A stretch of DNA of 32,000 nt from Methanocaldococcus jannaschii DSM 2661 (GCF_000091665.1 NC_001732.1:6486-38485), one strand, 5' to 3'; numbered from the stretch's first letter, positions 1-10,116 are shown. Notes: a model not told the origin generated them from the letters alone. Program-made: numbers and translations.

Positions 1-903
1 CCTACATCTTGTTCCATCATAATACTCGATATAGATTCTTTTTTTATCTTCAGAATTTGCAATTTTATCAGCACACTCTACAAGTTTTTCTTCAATTTTT
101 TTCAAATATTCCAACCCAGAAATTTGTTTTTTATTCTCCTTACACTCATATTTTACAGTAAGTGCAGCATATACTAAAAATGACTTTTGAACTGAAGAAT
201 TCTCACCAATACCAAGTAATTTTGCCAAATGCTCTTCAGGAACCAATATTGGATTCAATTTTGCAGGTAGAATATGAGTATTCCTCATTTTCACGTATTC
301 TCCATGCGGATCAACTATTACAATATTCATTTTTCCCTTATCCTTTTCAAACAATTCTTGGACTAACACGGCTATAGTATTTGATTTTCCAGCCCCAGTC
401 ATTGCCAATACAGCAAAATGCCTTGAACAAAGCTCTTTTGCATTTAATTTCACTTTTGTTGAAGACCTTACCTTTAAATAACCTACTTCAATACTACCAT
501 TTGAAAATATTTTAGCTAACAAATCATCCTTAGTCAAATAAACATTCTGAGGCACATTTATTGGATATACGTTAGATTCAATACTTCCACTTTCATTATT
601 AATTACTCCCAAAATTTTTGCACTCGCTAAAAATTTAGAAGAATTATTTAACATTTCTTCAGAATATATAACACCCCTAATCTTAGCTAACTCACTAGCA
701 TCTTCCGATTTATCACCAATTAGAGCATTAACAGAAACAATCTTGGTAATTTTTGAAAGAAGATAGTCCCCATGTGTATTTTTTGTAATGACAAACTCTC
801 CCTTCTTAATCTTGTCAATAACCTGGTTCTCAATTACAAACTCAAATTCATTAACATTTTTTGAAGCTACAACAGTCCCAACAACTACACTGTTTATAAC
901 CAT
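1..903 (-). CDS. HerA-like/FtsK-like P-loop ATPase, N-terminal part; runs off the left edge
   Basis: Manual minus-strand translation MVINSVVVGTVVASKNVNEFEFVIENQVIDKIKKGEF...SRHFAVLAMTGAGKSNTIAVLVQELFEKDKGKMNIVIVDPHGEY has Walker A (MTGAGKSNT) and IVDPHGEY typical of HerA. GGGTGATG ribosome-binding site at the ATG (901-903). No stop before the window edge, so it is absent from the ORF track. Confidence 0.85.
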   Translation of the reverse strand, partial: MVINSVVVGTVVASKNVNEFEFVIENQVIDKIKKGEFVITKNTHGDYLLSKITKIVSVNALIGDKSEDASELAKIRGVIYSEEMLNNSSKFLASAKILGVINNESGSIESNVYPINVPQNVYLTKDDLLAKIFSNGSIEVGYLKVRSSTKVKLNAKELCSRHFAVLAMTGAGKSNTIAVLVQELFEKDKGKMNIVIVDPHGEYVKMRNTHILPAKLNPILVPEEHLAKLLGIGENSSVQKSFLVYAALTVKYECKENKKQISGLEYLKKIEEKLVECADKIANSEDKKRIYIEYYDGTRCR

Positions 904-1045
904 CACCCAACTGTTGTGCGTTTGTCTGCGTTAGTATGTATATACAAACTTCTATATATACTTTTCGATATCTAATAGTGCAGAATAAAGTTTAATAGTA
1001 CCTAAGGATTCTAGTATTATCATAGCCATAAAACAGGGTGAATGT

Positions 1046-1255
1046 ATGAAAGTGTATGATATTAGAAAAATACAAAAGCGTGTTACAAAATCCAGAGGAA
1101 AAACCTACTATACCTATTATATTAACCTCCCAGCTGAATGGATTGAAGATGCAAATTTAAAAGAAGGAGATAAAGTTGAGATATCTGGAGATAAAGATAA
1201 GCTATGTTTAAAAGTCGTGTATAGACAAAAAGATGAAAATAATAAAAAACAATAA
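1046..1255 (+). CDS. Small AbrB/SpoVT-like DNA-binding protein
   Basis: 69 aa with INLPAEWIEDANLKEGDKVEIS, typical of swapped-hairpin AbrB folds; preceded by GGGTGA; divergent from the HerA-like gene. Confidence 0.7.
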   Translation: MKVYDIRKIQKRVTKSRGKTYYTYYINLPAEWIEDANLKEGDKVEISGDKDKLCLKVVYRQKDENNKKQ

Positions 1256-1290
1256 AATAAGCATACACATCAACATTAAAGGGTGAAAAT

Positions 1291-1621
1291 ATGAATGAAT
1301 TATATGAAATTTATGTGGAATTCAGAAGATGGGTTTATTGTTGAAGAACAACATAAAGAAGAAATTCCATTTGAAGACTGGATTGTCAACACCGTAGAAC
1401 AACTTAAAAATTTACAATATACTAGATATACTTTTGAAGAACTTACCCCCAAGACAAAAAATTTAGAAGCATACAACAAATTATTGGAAATCTTAAAAAA
1501 ACATACAAATATGGACATAGAAAATAACGTAAAAAGAATTTATCATTGCATTGCTGAAAATAATAACTACAAATATGAAATTGCCTTTTATATAGTAATA
1601 AGTAAAAATTGGAATGAATAA
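1291..1621 (+). pseudogene. Small uncharacterised protein with an apparent 1-nt frameshift near the N-terminus
   Basis: GGGTGAAAAT is followed by ATG at 1291 (MNELYEIYVEF...) and stops early; the remainder is open from 1295 (SEDGFIVEEQHKEE...). Removing one A near 1324 gives MNELYEIYVEFEDGFIVEEQHKEEIPFEDW... Confidence 0.5.
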
Positions 1622-1671
1622 AGAAACATAAAAACCAATTCTATGCATATCCATTTATTTAGGTGTCAATG

Positions 1672-2677
1672 TATGATTGAAACCATCCACATCAAAAATT
1701 TTAGAGGTATTAGAGAGCTTAAATTGGAAAATTTGGGACAGATAAATATAATTGCTGGGAAGAATAATGCTTCAAAATCAAGTATCTTAGAAGCTTTGGC
1801 ATTGTTTTTAAGTGCAAAGGAGGGGTTTTCATTATTTATAAAAATTTTAAGGGAGATATTACTTTGGAGAGGATGGTATGGTGAAAAAAGTATTTATGAT
1901 TTGTTCTATAAAAATTCTAAAGAACTTGAAGTAAGTGTTAAGTTCTTAAATCAAGATTTTGCAAATTTAACCCTAAAAAATTCTAATCAAAGTTTTGCAA
2001 ATAAAAATATTGCAGTAGAACTTAAATCTGATAAAAATTCTTGGAGTGGACGTTTTGATTCACATTTAATACATCCAGATTATATATCATCAATATTAAC
2101 CTCTGCAGAGGCTACACAAAGTAATTTTGAATTTATAACATCCTTAACATTAATAAAGTTTGGATATATTGAGAGCATATACTCTCAAGCCTATGAGACT
2201 CAAGTTTTACAGGATGCTATAAGATTGCTTAGAGAAGCATACCCAGAAGTTAAAAGTCTAAGCCCTCTCCAAAAGTATAACAAGTGGATAATTCATGTTT
2301 AAACTGAATATGGAGTTTATCCATACTATGTAATGGGAGAAGGGTTTAAAAGTGCTTTAATAATTGCATTATTAACCTCTATACTAAAAAATGGTTATCT
2401 TTTGATAGATTCAGCTGAAGCCTTTCATCACCCCTCCTCACTTGAAATTACTTCACAAATGCTTACAAAATCTGTAAAGAATAATAACGTTCAAGTATTT
2501 TTAACCACTCACAGCCTTGAATTGATAGACTTCCTCCTTGAACATGCCAGTAAAGAAGGTATAGAGGGCAGATTAATCTACATGCGTAGAGATGGGGAAA
2601 ATTTAATTAGCAGTATGGAATCCTTTGAAAATGTTAGGGAAATGAGAGAAACTCTCGGAATTGATTTAAGGGGGTAA
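1672..2677 (+). pseudogene. AAA15/21-type (OLD-like) ATPase interrupted by one in-frame TAA
   Basis: IETIHIKNFRGIRELKLENLGQINIIAGKNNASKSSILEAL (Walker A) and, in the same frame, MGEGFKSALIIALLTSILKNGYLLIDSAEAFHHPSS...QVFLTTHSLELIDFL. The only stop between the halves is TAA at 2300-2302. Confidence 0.8.
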
Positions 2678-2679
2678 TC

Positions 2680-3405
2680 ATGAGGATTTTATTACTTGAG
2701 GGAATTACGGATGTTGCATTCTTCATTCCAATATTAAAGAAATTATATGGTTTTTCAGAAATTAGTTGTGATGGTATTATTAGAGCAGAAAAAATGGGAG
2801 ATATATCAAAACCAATATGTTTAGAGAATGAAGATGTTAAGTTGATAGTTTTCCACTCTGGAGGAAAATCAAAACAAAAACATGCTTTGACAGCAATGCT
2901 TACGGCTATTAAAATGGGTTATTTATCTAATATTAAAATCTTGGGCATTGCAAGGGATATAGACCAAGAGCATGATGTCAAAAACTGGACAAAGAGTATA
3001 ATAAAAAATGCTGGATTTGAAGTTAAAGAGGGTGACAAATTTTTGATTATAGAGGATTTAAACTTAAAAATAGCTGTTTTGGGTATTGCTAATTATGATG
3101 AGGATGATTTTAACATCCCATCATTTGAACTAAAAAGAGAACTCGAGGCAGTAATTACTGATATGGCTAAAGAAATCAGCATCATAGAAAAATTCAAAAA
3201 CTCTTTAGAATCATTAAGTAACGATGCTGAAAGAAGATTAAAGCCAAAAGACATAACGCACGTTTTAGCCATTGCTAAAAATTTTGACGGAGACTCCATG
3301 TCTGGCTTATATAGGAAATTTATTGAAGAGCAGATAAATAATAAAAATAAAGTGAACTTTTTATTAACACTAATATGTATTCTACCATGCCTCACCATCT
3401 TTTAA
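2680..3405 (+). CDS. TOPRIM-domain protein (DUF3226/DUF4435-like), partner of the upstream ATPase; C-terminus may be altered
   Basis: MRILLLEGITDVAFFIPILKK (TOPRIM glutamate motif) and ILGIARDIDQEHD (DxD-like motif); starts 2 nt after the ATPase stop. Confidence 0.65.
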   Translation: MRILLLEGITDVAFFIPILKKLYGFSEISCDGIIRAEKMGDISKPICLENEDVKLIVFHSGGKSKQKHALTAMLTAIKMGYLSNIKILGIARDIDQEHDVKNWTKSIIKNAGFEVKEGDKFLIIEDLNLKIAVLGIANYDEDDFNIPSFELKRELEAVITDMAKEISIIEKFKNSLESLSNDAERRLKPKDITHVLAIAKNFDGDSMSGLYRKFIEEQINNKNKVNFLLTLICILPCLTIF

Positions 3406-3674
3406 CTCTTTTAAACATTTTGATAAAGATTTATGACATCTTTTACATCCTTTACTTCGACAACATCCTCCTCAATCTTAAAAATCTGCACAATTACCTC
3501 AATGTTCAATATTTGGACTTTTATTTTTTGAGATTCCTAAAAAAACTCTAAGGATTGTGCTTATTTTAAAAACACTAACAGGGTGAAAATAAAAAGTTGC
3601 AACTAAAAATAAGGAATGTTTTATTAGAATATTTAAAATTAAATAAACACGTTTTGAGAGTTTGTAATCTAACA

Positions 3675-3700
3675 GTGAATTGACTTCAAAGTCAATTCAC
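3675..3700. repeat. Palindromic element copy 1: GTGAATTGACTTCAAAGTCAATTCAC
   Basis: Perfect 12-bp arms with 2-nt centre; same element at 13352, 24037 and 30200, with variants elsewhere. Confidence 0.9.
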
Positions 3701-3769
3701 AAAAAAGACTCTCCATTTAGAATTACATTATAAAAGTCTCTAAAAATAGTGATATGATAAAATAAACTT

Positions 3770-3900
3770 ATTTAACTTTTACTGTTTTCTTTTGCATGTT
3801 TTTGCTAAGTCGGCAGTTTCTTTATCTATTTCCAAAGCTAAATTCTCTAATATCCTCAAGCAAAGTATTCTGCTGCAGCCCTACTAGCTTATTCATTAAA
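3770..3900 (-). pseudogene. Decayed archaeal histone copy
   Basis: Minus strand resembles the intact histone at 29732-29935 (SRAAAEYFA.., LALEI, KRKTVKV), but with frameshifts and no N-terminal region. Confidence 0.8.
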
Positions 3901-4201
3901 ACCTACAAAAATATTACCATTTTTGCATATATGCTGGATAAAAGTTGCTCTATCACTTAAAAGTTGCAGTTTTTTAATTGAAAGTTTTAAAGTTCTGATA
4001 ATAGAAATTCAAACATTAAAAATAGTATGTTGGATAAAACCATATAAAAACTATTTTTCCATTGAAATCACAATTTTTTCATGATACACAAAAGTTTAAA
4101 TACTTTTGTTTTGATAAAATTTTGAAAAAAATATTTATACTCGAAATTTTAAAGAAATAAGTATGTATAATCTCAGTTAAAAATTACTGAGGGTGATAAA
4201 T

Positions 4202-6001
4202 ATGTGTTATAATTTTGAAAATGTTAAAAAAGCTTATGAGGATCAACTTAAAAACTATATAAAAAATAGTTTAATTCCTAACCTCTCCTCACATGCAAAT
4301 AATGAAGTAGTTAAAATTTCAATGAAAAAACTGGCTAACTTGGGTTTTGGATATTTAGTGGATAGTACATTATCAAGTATAACTGGATATTATAAAGTTA
4401 GAGATTGGATTGAAGAATTATTAAAAGAGGAATTACAGAAATCTGGAGAAAATAAATGTTGTAATATAGTATTATGTGATTATCCAGAAGAGTTTGAGAT
4501 TAGCATGAGGGAAATTCCTTATTATGTTAATAAGGTTGTAAAATTTAATGGTGTTATTATTTCAGCATCATATCCTTGTGTTCTTTCTAAAAAACACTTA
4601 TATATATGCCCTAAATGTGGAAGGATAAAAGAAGTTTATTTTAGTGAATTATTTTGGGATGATAAGGTTTTTTGTGAATTTTGTGGAGGAAAGATGGAAT
4701 TTGCAAATGTGATGGATTATGAAAATTTTCAGGAATTAGTAGTCCAAGATTTATCTGATGAGAGTGAGTATTATGGTATTGAAAAAAACCCAATAGTTTG
4801 GTACTGTGGTGCAAAACCATATTATTTTGGACATGTGAAAATTACGGGAATTGTAAGGGAAGTTCCCAGAAGCTCAAAAAGTCGTATTTATGAGTTGATA
4901 GTTCAAGCTATAAATGTTGAAAAATTGGGAGTTGAAAAATCTCTAATAAATTTAACTGAAGAAGATGTTAAAAATATTAAGAAAGTTGCAAAGAGGGGAG
5001 ATATTATTGACATATTGGCTGATATATTGATCCCACCACTCCTCTGTGATGATGCGATTGTTAGAAAAGCCATACTTATACAGCAAATAGCCCCATATTT
5101 AGAGGACATAGGCAAGATTAACATTCTACTAGTAACGGAAGTTGGTATTGACAAGACAGCCATTCTAAAGAGAATTGGGAATATTCCTGGAAATAATTTT
5201 ATAAACATAGCGGCGTTGAAGGAGGAGGAATTAGCCACACCTTATGATAAAAGAAGTAATATACTGGGAAAATTTTATACTGTATGTGGAGGTGTAATTC
5301 CAAGGACTCTTGGAGTATTATGTATTGATGATTTTAACGAGAACAATAAATTAAGTACAAAATTATCTGAAGCTTTTGAGAGGAATGTTCTTACAACTAA
5401 TAAGGGTTCATTTTATTGCGTTCCCGCTGAGTGTAGTTTCTTATGTGCATGCTATCCTAAAACGAAATTTAGAAAGTTTGATCAAAAGAAAAGTATTATA
5501 AAACAGATAGGGATTTCGTCAATTTTATTAAAAAATTTTGATTTAATATTTCCAATTAGGGATATTCCCGACAAGGATAGGGATGAAGAGGTGGCAAAAT
5601 ACATTTTTCTAAAGTATATAAACTCAGATAATGAAGAAATTGAAGGATATGATTATGTATTTGTAGATGTTGGTGGAGAAAAAATAAAAATTGATTTTGA
5701 ATTTTTAAAAAAATATGTTGTTTACTCAAGACAAATAACTCCAAAAATAACTGATGAAGTCATAGAAAAAATTTCAAACTGGTATGATGAAATGAGGAAA
5801 AATCATTATATCACTGCAAAACAATTAAATACTGTTATAAAACTTAGTATAGCAGTAGCAAGGGCAAAATTAAAAGAGTGTGTTGATGAAGATGATGTCA
5901 AAGAGGCAATAGATATAATAATGCACTATTTAAAACAAGTTGTTTATAATCCAAAAAAGGGAATTATTGATGTTATTTTGTTGTATAAAAACAAAACATA
6001 A
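4202..6001 (+). CDS. Divergent MCM-like replicative helicase homologue
   Basis: Zinc-binding CPKCGRIKEV..CEFCGG in the OB region, VVQDLSDE, Walker A-like ILLVTEVGIDKTAILKRI, Walker B-like GVLCIDDFNE, EAFERNVLTTNKGSFYCVPAECSFLCACYPK, NFDLIFPIRD, YSRQITPKIT. GGGTGATAAAT ribosome-binding site points to ATG 4202. Confidence 0.85.
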   Translation: MCYNFENVKKAYEDQLKNYIKNSLIPNLSSHANNEVVKISMKKLANLGFGYLVDSTLSSITGYYKVRDWIEELLKEELQKSGENKCCNIVLCDYPEEFEISMREIPYYVNKVVKFNGVIISASYPCVLSKKHLYICPKCGRIKEVYFSELFWDDKVFCEFCGGKMEFANVMDYENFQELVVQDLSDESEYYGIEKNPIVWYCGAKPYYFGHVKITGIVREVPRSSKSRIYELIVQAINVEKLGVEKSLINLTEEDVKNIKKVAKRGDIIDILADILIPPLLCDDAIVRKAILIQQIAPYLEDIGKINILLVTEVGIDKTAILKRIGNIPGNNFINIAALKEEELATPYDKRSNILGKFYTVCGGVIPRTLGVLCIDDFNENNKLSTKLSEAFERNVLTTNKGSFYCVPAECSFLCACYPKTKFRKFDQKKSIIKQIGISSILLKNFDLIFPIRDIPDKDRDEEVAKYIFLKYINSDNEEIEGYDYVFVDVGGEKIKIDFEFLKKYVVYSRQITPKITDEVIEKISNWYDEMRKNHYITAKQLNTVIKLSIAVARAKLKECVDEDDVKEAIDIIMHYLKQVVYNPKKGIIDVILLYKNKT

Positions 6002-6028
6002 AAAGTATAGGAGATAAAAATTGGAGAT

Positions 6029-6067
6029 ACATTTTTAATCTGGAATGCCATAAAGAAAGTATTGTAA
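6029..6067 (+). pseudogene. C-terminal relic of the archaeal AAA ATPase family
   Basis: Translates as TFLIWNAIKKVL*, matching [24 protein letters not shown] at the ends of the ATPases at 8945 and 10059. Confidence 0.6.
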
Positions 6068-6215
6068 ATTAACAATGCTCCAGCCTCTTTATTCTTTTCA
6101 AATCAAAATTATAACATTCTAAAGCTTTATTATATTCTTTAAACAGAGACAAAGAAGTCATCTAATTTGTATAATAATCCAGTATCAAGGGAATTTTTAT
6201 TGATTTAGAGTTGGT

Positions 6216-7454
6216 CTATTTGAGTACTTTTAATATTGTCTTTTGTTCTTCGTTAGTAATGTTTTCTAAAATCTTTTTTATCAATTCTTTTTCTTCATTT
6301 TCAACTTCAAAATACATATTACTAAGAATATATACAAAATCTTCTAAGAGTTTTGAATTTTTTTGGCTAATTTTGTATATAGATTTTAGAATAATATCTC
6401 TATGTATATGAATGTTTAGTAAATCGTGTAAAAAAGAAATATCATTGTAAGCTAACACGTAATTGCATATTACATTTATAAGTTGGTTGTACATTGTTTT
6501 TGAAATTCTCCCACTGTTTAAAAGATTTATTACTATATTTTTAATAGTCCATGATGGATGATCTATAAAAAAACTTAAAGCTTTGGCTTTGATACTAAAA
6601 CTATCATCATATATCATTTTTGCAATTTTTAGCTGTATAAGTTCTTTAGATTCTTTGTCAATATCCTGCAAACTAAGATATTTTCTAGCAAGTTCAATAT
6701 ATACAATTTTTGCTTCAAAATTATAGCCTAAGTCAATATTATTACTTTTTTGAAGAATGTCTAAATTATACTCTTCTCGTAAAGTTTTTGTAGAAATATT
6801 GTTTTTTAGGCAAATATTACAGATTGTGTTAAGAATTTCTAGTGATAATACTTTAAAACGTTCACGTGTTGCAAAAGTGTTACAAAACTTTTTGTATTCC
6901 TCTAAACGATAATATTCATTAATTAATAACTCTAGGTGCTCTTTTTCTGCAAAGCTTGTAAATACTCTCAATATTAGAATCCTATATGTTAAATCTTTTA
7001 AAACATCAACTTCAAAAATCTCTTCATTATCAATTTTTAGATATTGTGATGTAATTATTTTAATTATTTTCTTTATGGAATATTTTCTTAGTTCTACATC
7101 CTTTTCTATAATTCTCCTAAGCTCTAGCATTGCTTGAACTTTAAGACCTCTATGGGCATATTTTAAAAACTTGAATAATGCATCTACTTTCTTTTCTGAG
7201 TTTTCTTTTAGTAATATAAGTCCTAAAATAACTCGTTGTATTTCCACACCATACTTATGCACATAATGACTGTTAGGATGAGTTTTAGATCTAATTATTG
7301 TCCTATGTGGTTTTATAAATTCTATAAAATCATCATATATTTTATCTGGAATAAAGATACTCTCCTTCAATAAAACTCTAAAAATTTGACGAGAATCAAT
7401 GCCAAGTTTAGATTTTTTGAGCTGGGCTATAACCCCATCATAATCTAACTTCAC
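6216..7454 (-). CDS. Uncharacterised alpha-helical (possibly HEAT-like) protein, 412 aa
   Basis: Long ORF with helical repeats (VDALFKFLKYAHRGLKVQAMLELRRII; IAKMIYDDSFSIKAKALSFFIDHPSWTIKNIVINLL); GGTGGGATT before a GTG start. Confidence 0.65.
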   Translation of the reverse strand: MKLDYDGVIAQLKKSKLGIDSRQIFRVLLKESIFIPDKIYDDFIEFIKPHRTIIRSKTHPNSHYVHKYGVEIQRVILGLILLKENSEKKVDALFKFLKYAHRGLKVQAMLELRRIIEKDVELRKYSIKKIIKIITSQYLKIDNEEIFEVDVLKDLTYRILILRVFTSFAEKEHLELLINEYYRLEEYKKFCNTFATRERFKVLSLEILNTICNICLKNNISTKTLREEYNLDILQKSNNIDLGYNFEAKIVYIELARKYLSLQDIDKESKELIQLKIAKMIYDDSFSIKAKALSFFIDHPSWTIKNIVINLLNSGRISKTMYNQLINVICNYVLAYNDISFLHDLLNIHIHRDIILKSIYKISQKNSKLLEDFVYILSNMYFEVENEEKELIKKILENITNEEQKTILKVLK

Positions 7455-7840
7455 AATCCCACCATAAGTAGTTCCAACTTATAGTGATTTATTAGTTTAT
7501 TTTACGAAGAATATCGAACTTAATATAAATGAACGAAACTCTCCCCTCCCATAAAGAACGTTTAAAACCTTTCATTTATCATCAACAATCGTTATTTAAA
7601 TCTACTATTATTTAGAAAATCAGTTAGAGGATACTTTTAATATTCCATTCAAACATTGAAAATAATCATTTCAAACAATTCTCCCATTTATGGCTGCTAT
7701 TACAAGCCCATATTTTAATATTCTGCTAACAATATTATTGATAAAGTTAAACTGTATCTCAAAAAACTAATGGTAAAATTTGAAAATAAAGATACAAACT
7801 TTTAAATAATTTTGTTTTATAATTTTTAATTGGTGGTATT

Positions 7841-8945
7841 ATGAAATTTTTCAACAGGGAGAAAGAGATTAATGAGATACTTCGAATTTTAAATAGAGAG
7901 CCAGACGATATTTATTTTATATATGGACCCTTAAACAGTGGAAAAACTACTTTAATAAATCACATAATAAACAATGAATTAAAAAAATCCAATAAAAAAT
8001 ATGCTGTCTTTTATGTTAATTTCAGAGAGTATGATATTTACATCAATGGATAATTTTGTTGAGGCATTGTTTGAAATAGACGAAAATTCGAAAGAAAAGA
8101 AGATAAAATCATACATAGAGAGTTTTACAAAGGGAGTTAATGATATTATAAACTTATACTATGGGATAAAGATTCCAGAGCCAATATTGGATAAGTTTTT
8201 TGGAGAAAAAGAAAAGGGGGGATTGGTTTTTAAGTTTATTAGAGATTTATTTATGAGTTTGAATAAGAAGGGAGTTCAGCCAGTATTCATTTTAGATGAA
8301 TTGCAGATGATTAAAGATATTGTTATGAATGGAGGAAAGCCATTATTAAAAAGCTTATTCCAATTTTTGGTTTCTTTAACAAAGGAGAGGCACATAGCAC
8401 ATGTTTTTTGCCTAAGTTCAGATAGTTTGTTTATTGAGTATGTTTATAATGCTGGAGAGTTAGAAGGAAGGGCGAAATATCTATTGGTTGATGATTTTGA
8501 TAAAGAAACTTCCTTAAAATTTATGGACTTTTTAGCAGTAGAAGGAAATATTAACTTAACTAATGAAGATAAAGAGTTAATTTATTCTTATGTTGGGGGA
8601 AAGGCAAAGGACATAAAGTATGTTATTGAAGAAAGTAAGTTTAAAGACTTAAGAGAGGTTTTGGACTTTATGTTAAAAGATGAGGTTTCCAAATTGAGAA
8701 AATTATTGGTTAAGATAAAAACTAAAAAGATTGCAGAAGTTGAGTATGAAAATGTTGTTAAAGCATTAAAATTATTTAAAGACAATTATGAAATCAACGA
8801 ATACCTTATGGACGAGAATACAAAAGAATTCTTAATTAAAAGGAATATCTTATTCTTAAACCCCGTAGAGGAGATTTTAAAGCCACAAAGTTATTTAGTT
8901 TGGAACGCAATAAAAAGAGTATTACAAAATATAAACGATTTTTAA
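7841..8945 (+). pseudogene. Archaeal-type AAA ATPase (ATPase_2/pfam01637-like), frameshifted
   Basis: [38 protein letters not shown] ends at 8053; [18 protein letters not shown]...[14 protein letters not shown]...[12 protein letters not shown] continues in another frame. The intact downstream paralogue shows the continuous version. Confidence 0.85.
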
Positions 8946-8961
8946 AATTATTGGTGGGATT

Positions 8962-10059
8962 ATGAAATTCTTCAATAGGGAAAAAGAAATTAATGAAATT
9001 CTTTTAATCTTAGAAGAAGAACCAAATAATATTTATTTTATTTATGGTCCTTTAAATAGTGGAAAATCAACCCTAATAAGAGAAGTTATAACTAATAGAT
9101 TAGACAAGTCAAAATACATACCATTTTTTATTGATTTTAGAACGAGAAATATTTTAAACGTTGATAATTTTATTGAATGCTTGTTTGAAGTGGATGAAAA
9201 ATCAAAAATAGACGATTTTAGGGAATATGCCAAATCATTAGCTGATTTGTTGGTTAAAGGTAGTGAAGAGATTAGCAAATACTACTTGGGTATGCCTATT
9301 AAAGTGCCAAAACCATTCTTTGATAGAATTTTTAGTAAAAGAGATAAATCAGCAGATGTCTATCAATATATTGAATATTTATTTGCTAAATTAAATGAGA
9401 AAGGTAAAAAGCCAATTTTAATATTTGATGAATTACAGATGATTAGGGAGATAACTTTAAACGGGAATAGGTTACTATTGTGGAGTTTATTCCAGTTCTT
9501 AGTTGCCTTAACTAAAGTTCAACATCTATGCCATGTTTTCTGCTTAAGTTCTGATAGTTTGTTTATTGAATACATCTACGGAAAAGCTGAATTAAAGGGG
9601 GGAGTTGATTATATCTTAGTTGATGATTTTGATAAGAAAACTGCCTTAAAGTTTATGGATTTTTTAGCCAAACAAAAGAATATTAATCTAACTAATGAGG
9701 ATAAGGAGCTAATTTATTCTTATGTTGGTGGAAAGGCAAAGTATATTTATGATGTTATTGTCAAGTTAAAAGCTGTTAAAGATTTGAAATATATTTTAGA
9801 GACAAAACTTGAAGAGGAGCGGAATCACTTGGAAGAATTATTGGAGAAGGTTGAAGAAGATTATGAAGGCATAAATTATGATGAAGTCTTAGAAGCATTG
9901 AAATTGTTTAAAGATAATTATGAACTTCCAAAAAGTAAGATAAAAAGGAAAATTAGGATATTTTTAATTAAAGAGAATATTTTATTCTTAAATCCACAAA
10001 AAGGAACTTTAAAGCCACAAAGTTATTTGGTTTGGAATGCTATAAAGAGAATGTTGTAA
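8962..10059 (+). CDS. Archaeal-type AAA ATPase, intact paralogue
   Basis: [38 protein letters not shown]; [16 protein letters not shown]; [13 protein letters not shown]; GGTGGGATT ribosome-binding site. Confidence 0.9.
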   Translation: MKFFNREKEINEILLILEEEPNNIYFIYGPLNSGKSTLIREVITNRLDKSKYIPFFIDFRTRNILNVDNFIECLFEVDEKSKIDDFREYAKSLADLLVKGSEEISKYYLGMPIKVPKPFFDRIFSKRDKSADVYQYIEYLFAKLNEKGKKPILIFDELQMIREITLNGNRLLLWSLFQFLVALTKVQHLCHVFCLSSDSLFIEYIYGKAELKGGVDYILVDDFDKKTALKFMDFLAKQKNINLTNEDKELIYSYVGGKAKYIYDVIVKLKAVKDLKYILETKLEEERNHLEELLEKVEEDYEGINYDEVLEALKLFKDNYELPKSKIKRKIRIFLIKENILFLNPQKGTLKPQSYLVWNAIKRML

Positions 10060-10060
10060 A

Positions 10061-10105
10061 TTAAGTTATTTCAATAAAATCTACTTTTTCAAAGTCAAAA
10101 TCAAG
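10061..10105 (-). pseudogene. C-terminal relic of a PIN-domain toxin
   Basis: Minus strand reads TLDFDFEKVDFIEIT*, matching ATFDSDFEKVDFIEIIKE* of the PIN protein at 30663-31124. Confidence 0.7.
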
Positions 10106-10116
10106 GGTAGTGAGTT

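Noticed and set aside
162-377. 71-aa plus ORF
   Set aside because: Antisense to the HerA-like ATPase, which has clear Walker A and DPHGEY motifs.
2300-2302. Recoding of the in-frame stop as selenocysteine or pyrrolysine
   Set aside because: The codon is TAA, whereas selenocysteine uses TGA and pyrrolysine uses TAG; no recoding structure was seen.
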